DNA of 64,000 nucleotides from NCBI RefSeq assembly GCF_054482595.1, contig NZ_CM137008.1; one strand, 5' to 3'. Shown piece by piece: positions 58,080 to 64,000 of this stretch (position 1 is its first letter; each line of letters starts with the position of its first letter). The notes under the pieces were generated by a model. It saw only the letters and a program-made list of their open reading frames with translations, ran no database searches and was not told where the DNA came from. The position numbers and the translations under genes were made by a program.

Positions 58080-61000
58080 TTACACCTCCACGCGGCCCAG
58101 CAGATAATGATGATGCTGGTGGACATGGCTGATGATGCGGCACATATCGTTCAGCTCCGGTGGTACGTTGTTAAACTGACCTTTGCTGTCGATGTTTAAC
58201 ACCCAGCTTTGGTTATTCAGACGTACTCGTACCCGGCAATCTTCCACAAGGAAGCCTGGGTTGCTGCTGTTATCAAAGTCTTGCGCCAGGCTGAAGACGG
58301 TGATTTTGTCTTTGTACGGTTTACCGTTCCACGGACAGAACTGAGCGCAGTTGCCGCATTCGTTACAGTAAGCGTCGAGGTGCAGCGTCTGGAAACGGTT
58401 CTGGAAGCCTGGGACCGCAATGGAGACGTTGGCGCGGTTCGGGCAGACATCCACACACTTGCTGCAAACGTAGTTACATTCGAGGCAGCGAGCGGCTTCC
58501 TGGGCGACAAACGCGTCACGATCGTCACTGTTCACCAGCGTGATAGAGATATCGCCTTTACGTTGATAGATTTCCGCTGGATTGACGTTGTTCCAGTATT
58601 TATCGTTCTGGTGGGAACGGATATTTTCCCGACTAAGGATGGCATCGGTCGCCCGACGCGCGGTTCCGACAGCAGCGACAATGGAGGATGGTCCGCGCTG
58701 TACGTCGCCGATCATAAAGACGTCAGTCAGACGAGTTTCGCCATTATGGTCGACGTCTGGCCAGCCGTTTTTGTCCAGCGGCACGCCCATCGCATTCAGG
58801 GCTTCAGTATCCTGCTGTTCACCAATGGCGGTGATCAGGCTGTCTACAAGCAGTGTTACTGTTTCGTTGGTTTCAACCGGACGACGACGACCTTTCTCAT
58901 CCGGTTCGCCAAGCGACATAACGCGCAAGGTTAAGGTGCCATCAGCATCGAAACGTTCCGGATTGTTCAGGAAACGGAACTCCACGCCGTCGTGCAACGC
59001 TTCTTCATACTCTTCGCGCCATGCGGGCATCTCTTGCAGTGAACGACGGTAAACGATCGTTGCTTTTTCTACGCCTGGAACGCGTAACGCCGCACGAGCG
59101 CAGTCCATTGCGGTGTTACCCGCCCCGACAACGACCACATGTTTGCCCAGCTTGAGCGCTGTACCCTTGTTGTATTCACGCAGGAAGGGGAGTGATTTCC
59201 AGACATTTTGGTTGTCGCCCGCCAGTTTCACACCGCTATTTTTATCAGTGCCGGTGGCAATCAGAACATAGTGGAAGCCCTGATTTTTTAACTGTTCAAC
59301 GGTTAAATCGGGTGAGCAGCCATACTCAAATTTCACGCCGTGATCGGCAACAAAATCGATATCGTGCTGAATTAACTCTGCAGGAATACGGAACTGAGGA
59401 ATGATATTTTTCACTACGCCGCCCGCATTGGCTTCGCGTTCAAACAGCGTAACCGGATGGCCCGCTCTGGCAAGGAAGTAACCTGCAGCCAGACCCGCCG
59501 GACCTGCACCAATCACGGCAACCGGATGGCGTGAACCAGAACCGGCTGGTTTGTGCCAGCGTTGCTTATATTCATCCCAACCTTTTTCCAGCGCGACTTT
59601 TTTCAGTTCGCGGATATTCAGCGCACTGTCGTAATCCAGGCGGGTACAGTTGTATTGGCACTGGTGATCGCAAATATGACCGGTAATGGCAGGTAGGGCG
59701 TTGCGTTGGTAGATGAGTTCCAGCGCGTCGGCATAGCGGTGTTCGCCAAGCAGACGGATGTATTCCGGAATATCTTGCTTGATAGCGCAGGCAGTAACAC
59801 AGGGGGCAACGTAGCAGTCGGTCAGCGGCAGGTCTTCTGCCACTTCAATACGCTCTTCTGGCTTCCAGTGTTTCTGGGTGTATTCCATGGTTAACGCGTC
59901 TGCTGCCAGTCTGTTCAGTCGTTCGACGTCAACATGGTCAAGTCCCCAGGCGTCGGAGCCTTCCAGCTCGCGCATGCAGGCACTTAAGCGCAGATAGCCG
60001 CCAGGTTTCAGCAGATCGGTTGCCATCGTGATAGGGCGAATACCAGTATCAAAAATATCGCGGATAGTCAGCTGACTGGCACCACCGGAATAAGAAATGG
60101 GCAGTTTGCCGTCAAAGGCGCGAGAGAGAACTGCTGCAACATTGATGGAGAGCGGGAACAGTGCACGGCCTGACATATACATCTCTTCACCGGGCAGTGC
60201 GCCTTTATTGTTGATGGTGCCGAGAGTGTTAGTCAGTTTTACGCCAAAGCCGAGTGATTTTTCTTTTGCCAGTGCCATCAGGCGTTCCAGCATTTCCAGC
60301 GCTTGCGTCAGCTTGAGGTCGTGATCAAATGACTCTTCTTTTAAGCCTATGTAACCGAAACCGCAGACATCGAGGATCTCACGAACACGCGCGTACCCGA
60401 GTAAGGTCGGGTTAAGTTTGACAAAGGTGTTGAGCCCTTTTTCTTCCAGCATGTAGCGGCAAATGGCTTCGATTTCATGCGGAGGACAGCCGTGCATGGT
60501 GGAGAGGGTGACGCCCTGCACCATACTGGTGGGGATGCGAGCGGGTAAAGCTTGCAAGCTTTCGCGTTTTTCCTGCAATCCGTGGCGGGCTAAAAATGCG
60601 TCATCCTGGAGTAATTTATTCAGCGTATCGCGATATTGCGCGAATTTCGGATGGTCAGATGCGTCCATCATATTGTCGATGAACTGTTGCATCGGCGGTT
60701 GCTTAATACCTTCAAGGTTGTAACCGACGCTCATATTAAAGATGAACGATTTACCGGAATCAGAAGGCTGGAACATCGCTTCGAGAAGGTGCAGGGCAAA
60801 CCAGGCTTTGAGGTATTCATCCCAGGCTTTAAGCAGGGTAAATTCGGTAGACCATTCGGTGTTAAAACACTCGTCTTCGGCATCGATACAAGGCTTTTCC
60901 AGCTCCAGGCGGTCAAGAATTTGGACGGTTTTTAGTTCGATGAAGCGTCCGCCAGTCAGCCAGGAAGTGACAATATTTTGCGCGAGCTGCGTGTGCGGGC

Positions 61001-61178
61001 CAGCGGCAGGGCCGACGGGAGTGGCACAGGTTTCACCGAAGACGCTAACAGTTTTACCTTTTACGGGTGAGTAAAACTGTTGCTCGGGAATACCAAAGAT
61101 TGAGCGTTGTTGTTGGTATTCATCAAATATGCGCGTCAAAAGTTCCTCAAACGGAATGGGACGCATAATATCCCCCAT
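58080..61178 (-). CDS. ygfK: large Fe-S/flavin oxidoreductase YgfK (putative selenate reductase / purine-catabolism oxidoreductase subunit)
   Basis: ORF track 1032 aa; dinucleotide-binding [23 protein letters not shown]-terminal Cys clusters; stop 2 nt before ssnA start. Confidence 0.88.
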   Translation of the reverse strand: MGDIMRPIPFEELLTRIFDEYQQQRSIFGIPEQQFYSPVKGKTVSVFGETCATPVGPAAGPHTQLAQNIVTSWLTGGRFIELKTVQILDRLELEKPCIDAEDECFNTEWSTEFTLLKAWDEYLKAWFALHLLEAMFQPSDSGKSFIFNMSVGYNLEGIKQPPMQQFIDNMMDASDHPKFAQYRDTLNKLLQDDAFLARHGLQEKRESLQALPARIPTSMVQGVTLSTMHGCPPHEIEAICRYMLEEKGLNTFVKLNPTLLGYARVREILDVCGFGYIGLKEESFDHDLKLTQALEMLERLMALAKEKSLGFGVKLTNTLGTINNKGALPGEEMYMSGRALFPLSINVAAVLSRAFDGKLPISYSGGASQLTIRDIFDTGIRPITMATDLLKPGGYLRLSACMRELEGSDAWGLDHVDVERLNRLAADALTMEYTQKHWKPEERIEVAEDLPLTDCYVAPCVTACAIKQDIPEYIRLLGEHRYADALELIYQRNALPAITGHICDHQCQYNCTRLDYDSALNIRELKKVALEKGWDEYKQRWHKPAGSGSRHPVAVIGAGPAGLAAGYFLARAGHPVTLFEREANAGGVVKNIIPQFRIPAELIQHDIDFVADHGVKFEYGCSPDLTVEQLKNQGFHYVLIATGTDKNSGVKLAGDNQNVWKSLPFLREYNKGTALKLGKHVVVVGAGNTAMDCARAALRVPGVEKATIVYRRSLQEMPAWREEYEEALHDGVEFRFLNNPERFDADGTLTLRVMSLGEPDEKGRRRPVETNETVTLLVDSLITAIGEQQDTEALNAMGVPLDKNGWPDVDHNGETRLTDVFMIGDVQRGPSSIVAAVGTARRATDAILSRENIRSHQNDKYWNNVNPAEIYQRKGDISITLVNSDDRDAFVAQEAARCLECNYVCSKCVDVCPNRANVSIAVPGFQNRFQTLHLDAYCNECGNCAQFCPWNGKPYKDKITVFSLAQDFDNSSNPGFLVEDCRVRVRLNNQSWVLNIDSKGQFNNVPPELNDMCRIISHVHQHHHYLLGRVEV

Positions 61179-61329
61179 AACCCTCTCCTTAGCTTATACA
61201 GATATCATTGAGTGACCGGTGTTGAGAAATCCGGTGGTTTAGGGGGATAGAGCAACAATCGCACCACTCTTGCCAGGTTTGGCGGGAAATATAAAAAAAT
61301 GTGAGGCGGCTCGAAACTTAAGGGCTTTT

Positions 61330-61345
61330 TGTGAATGAACTCACA
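61330..61345. promoter_or_regulatory. perfect CRP consensus box TGTGA-N6-TCACA upstream of ygfK
   Basis: ttgtgaatgaactcacagg, about 150 bp upstream of ygfK start codon. Confidence 0.5.
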
Positions 61346-61499
61346 GGTGCCAAATGAGAATTAAAATCACTCCTGAAAATTATTATTGCCAGCCCATTTA
61401 TCACTTTTTCTCTTTTCTCAAAATCAGTGATTCCTTATCATTATGATAAAGAGTGCTGGAGGGGTTAAATATTTGAACGCAATCGTTTAACTACGTTTT

Positions 61500-62078
61500 C
61501 TAAATTTCAGTATACCTTTTCTTCGCTGTAATAAAGTCGTCCGGAGTATCAATATCTAAAATTATTTCTGCATTTTCTATTTCGACGGAATAATGATCTC
61601 CCATAAGGAGTGCCTGACGCATATTGGTGACATTGGGTCGCTGGAATGCCTGCATCAAGCATGGTTTTGACACTAAAATCGGATGGCCGGGGATGCCATT
61701 ATGGAGTGGCAGTATTGCGCCATCATTTCGTAACGACCAGATTTTTCTAAAAATATCAATGGTGAGGGTTGGCATGTCACCGTGGGTGAGAAAACAATGT
61801 TCTGTTTGCACTGCGGGTACTGCGGCCTTGACTGATGTTAGTAAACCCTGGGCATAATCTGGGTTGTGAATAATAGTGATATTACTCTGGTTCGCATAAC
61901 GTTCGTGCAGTTCATTACCACGATAGCCGGTGACTAAAATAATTCGGCTACAAAACTGCAACGCATTTTTGATACTTGTATCAAGAATTGTTCCCTGTTG
62001 CCAGGGTAACATCATTTTCCATTGCCCCATTCTTGATGATAATCCGGCAGCGGTAATTATACAGTCGATGGCTGACAT
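61500..62078 (-). CDS. ygfJ: molybdenum cofactor cytidylyltransferase (MocA)
   Basis: ORF track 192 aa, MSAIDCIITAAGLSSRMG nucleotidyltransferase N-terminus. Confidence 0.87.
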   Translation of the reverse strand: MSAIDCIITAAGLSSRMGQWKMMLPWQQGTILDTSIKNALQFCSRIILVTGYRGNELHERYANQSNITIIHNPDYAQGLLTSVKAAVPAVQTEHCFLTHGDMPTLTIDIFRKIWSLRNDGAILPLHNGIPGHPILVSKPCLMQAFQRPNVTNMRQALLMGDHYSVEIENAEIILDIDTPDDFITAKKRYTEI

Positions 62079-62180
62079 AGTGGCTCCATTATTTATAGGG
62101 GCTAATGACGCCTGATAATTGCGTTACTTCCTGATGGATTAAGTTGGGGGTAATTTATCCCAGAGAGGTCATAAAGACTC

Positions 62181-62951
62181 GTGAAAAGTATAGTTGACCC
62201 ATCGGCATTATTCATTGATTTAGGTGCGCAGAAACGTCCCACTGTGATTTCTGTTGTTGGTGCTGGGGGGAAAACCAGCTTGCTTTTTTGGCTGGCAGAA
62301 CTGCTCCAGACTCGCGGCAGGCGTGTGTTAATCACTACGACGACACATATGTTTATGCCAAAGTCACACTGGCCCGTGGTTTTCTGTCGTGATCCCGCCA
62401 TGCTTCCTCATGCGTCTCTTACATCCCCCATTTCATTTTGTTTTCACAGCTGGAAAGCGAACCAGGGAAAAGTGCAGGGATTTACGCCAGAAGCGATTGA
62501 TGCACTGGTGCAACGACCAGAGTGTGACGTAATTCTCATTGAAGCAGATGGCTCGCGTGGAATGCCGTTAAAAGCGCCTGATGAGCACGAACCTTGCATA
62601 CCCAAAAGCAGTTGCTGCGTGATTGCTGTGATGGGAGGACATACTTTGGGCGCGAAAGTGAGCACAGAAAATGTCCATCGCTGGTCGCAGTTTGCTGATA
62701 TTACCGGGTTAACACCTGATGCAACCTTGCAACTGAGCGATCTCGTTGCGCTGGTTCGCCACCCTCAGGGGGCGTTTAAAAACGTACCGCAAGGTTGTCG
62801 GCGAGTCTGGTTCATTAACCGTTTTTCTCAATGTGAGAATGCGATTGCACAAAGCGAGCTCCTTCAACCGCTGCAACAACATGACGTAGAGGCAATCTGG
62901 CTGGGCGATATACAAGAACATCCTGCAATCGCGCGCAGATTTGTGAATTAG
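62181..62951 (+). CDS. yqeC: putative selenium-dependent hydroxylase accessory protein YqeC
   Basis: ORF track 256 aa, P-loop-like VVGAGGKTS. Confidence 0.85.
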   Translation: MKSIVDPSALFIDLGAQKRPTVISVVGAGGKTSLLFWLAELLQTRGRRVLITTTTHMFMPKSHWPVVFCRDPAMLPHASLTSPISFCFHSWKANQGKVQGFTPEAIDALVQRPECDVILIEADGSRGMPLKAPDEHEPCIPKSSCCVIAVMGGHTLGAKVSTENVHRWSQFADITGLTPDATLQLSDLVALVRHPQGAFKNVPQGCRRVWFINRFSQCENAIAQSELLQPLQQHDVEAIWLGDIQEHPAIARRFVN

Positions 62952-62998
62952 CGGCCCGGGTATTCCGGGTTACTGAAAGGATATCCATTGAGGTTGGT

Positions 62999-64000
62999 AT
63001 GAATATTTTCACAGAGGCTGCAAAACTCGAAGAGCAAAATTGTCCGTTTGCGATGGCGCAAATTGTTGATAGCCGAGGCTCGACTCCCCGCCATTCTGCA
63101 CAAATGTTAGTGCGCGCCGATGGTTCTATCGTCGGTACAATTGGTGGCGGAATGGTTGAGCGGAAGGTGATTGAAGAGTCGCTTCAGGCATTGCAGGAAC
63201 GTAAGCCGCGATTATTCCATGGACGTATGGCTCGTAACGGTGCGGATGCTGTCGGGTCAGATTGTGGAGGTGCAATGTCAGTATTTATCAGCGTCCATGG
63301 TATGCGTCCACGTCTGGTGTTGATTGGCGCGGGGCATGTCAACCGGGCGATAGCCCAGAGTGCGGCGCTATTAGGATTTGATATTGCCGTTGCCGATATT
63401 TATCGCGAAAGCCTCAATCCTGAACTATTCCCACCATCAACCACGCTTCTCCATGCTGAGTCGTTTGGTGCGGCAGTGGAAGCACTGGATATTCGCCCTG
63501 ATAATTTTGTCCTGATTGCCACGAATAATCAGGATCGTGAAGCCCTCGACAAACTCATTGAACAGCCCATTGCATGGTTGGGGTTGCTGGCAAGTCGTCG
63601 CAAGGTTCAGCTTTTCCTGCGTCAATTGCGTGAGAAAGGCGTGGCTGAAGAACATATTGCCCGTTTACATGCGCCCGTTGGTTACAACATAGGTGCGGAA
63701 ACGCCGCAGGAGATCGCCATCAGCGTGCTGGCAGAAATATTACAGGTGAAAAATAACGCGCCGGGTGGGCTGATGATGAAACCTTCTCATCCTTCCGGAC
63801 ACCAGCTGGTGGTGATTCGCGGGGCGGGAGATATCGCCAGTGGTGTGGCGCTACGTCTGTATCATGCGGGTTTTAAAGTGATCATGCTGGAAGTGGAAAA
63901 ACCGACAGTGATTCGTTGTACCGTGGCGTTTGCCCAGGCCGTGTTCGATGGCGAAATGACGGTCGAAGGCGTCACTGCTCGCCTGGCAACCAGCTCTGCG
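62999..64000 (+). CDS. yqeB: XdhC/CoxI-like molybdo-hydroxylase maturation protein YqeB (5' part; continues beyond window)
   Basis: Open frame from ATG 62999 to window end (334 codons, no stop): MNIFTEAAKLEEQNCPFAMAQIVDSRGSTPRHSAQMLVRADGS. Confidence 0.85.
   Translation, partial: MNIFTEAAKLEEQNCPFAMAQIVDSRGSTPRHSAQMLVRADGSIVGTIGGGMVERKVIEESLQALQERKPRLFHGRMARNGADAVGSDCGGAMSVFISVHGMRPRLVLIGAGHVNRAIAQSAALLGFDIAVADIYRESLNPELFPPSTTLLHAESFGAAVEALDIRPDNFVLIATNNQDREALDKLIEQPIAWLGLLASRRKVQLFLRQLREKGVAEEHIARLHAPVGYNIGAETPQEIAISVLAEILQVKNNAPGGLMMKPSHPSGHQLVVIRGAGDIASGVALRLYHAGFKVIMLEVEKPTVIRCTVAFAQAVFDGEMTVEGVTARLATSSA

Noticed and set aside
61340-61356. Possible sigma54 promoter (TGGCAC...) on minus strand upstream of ygfK
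   Set aside because: The -24 TGGCAC is present but the -12 TTGC element is absent at the required spacing. The sequence is better explained as the reverse complement of the CRP box.

Overview
This window reads as an Escherichia coli-type chromosomal segment in reverse orientation relative to the K-12 map, running from the 3' end of yggD to the 5' part of yqeB. About 60 genes are recognisable from the translated ORFs, so most of the window is ordinary core genome: yggC-epd-pgk-fbaA, mscS, argO, yggE, ygfI, the sbm-argK-scpB-scpC operon, argP, rpiA, serA, ygfA/6S RNA/zapA, ygfB-pepP-ubiH-ubiI, gcvTHP, bglA, yqfB, yqfA, ygfZ, sdhE-ygfX, fldB, xerD-dsbC-recJ, prfB-lysS, idi, and the purine salvage/catabolism cluster uacT, ygfT-ygfS, ghxQ-guaD-xanQ, xdhD-ygfM-ssnA-ygfK, ygfJ, yqeC, yqeB. 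Two loci stand out. (1) A 3.3 kb insert between argP and rpiA (15196-18487) carries an intact LysR regulator divergent from a three-gene operon: an AzoR-like flavoprotein, a small secreted DUF1471 protein and a NOX/ferric-reductase-type membrane flavocytochrome b. From memory, K-12 has only a LysR pseudogene remnant (yqfE) at this position, so this looks like a strain-variable, uncharacterised redox module. (2) The serA-ygfA intergenic region holds a 392-bp tandem duplication giving two Ibs-type 19-aa toxin ORFs, each with convergent promoters for an antisense Sib-like sRNA; one copy carries a Ser-to-Pro change. Other observations are a REP block flanked by a duplicated terminator after fbaA, three stacked hairpins between gcvH and gcvP, a perfect CRP consensus box upstream of ygfK, and the prfB +1 frameshift site. 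All identifications rest on reading the translations and recalled knowledge; no database search was run, and coordinates of non-coding features are approximate (a few nt).
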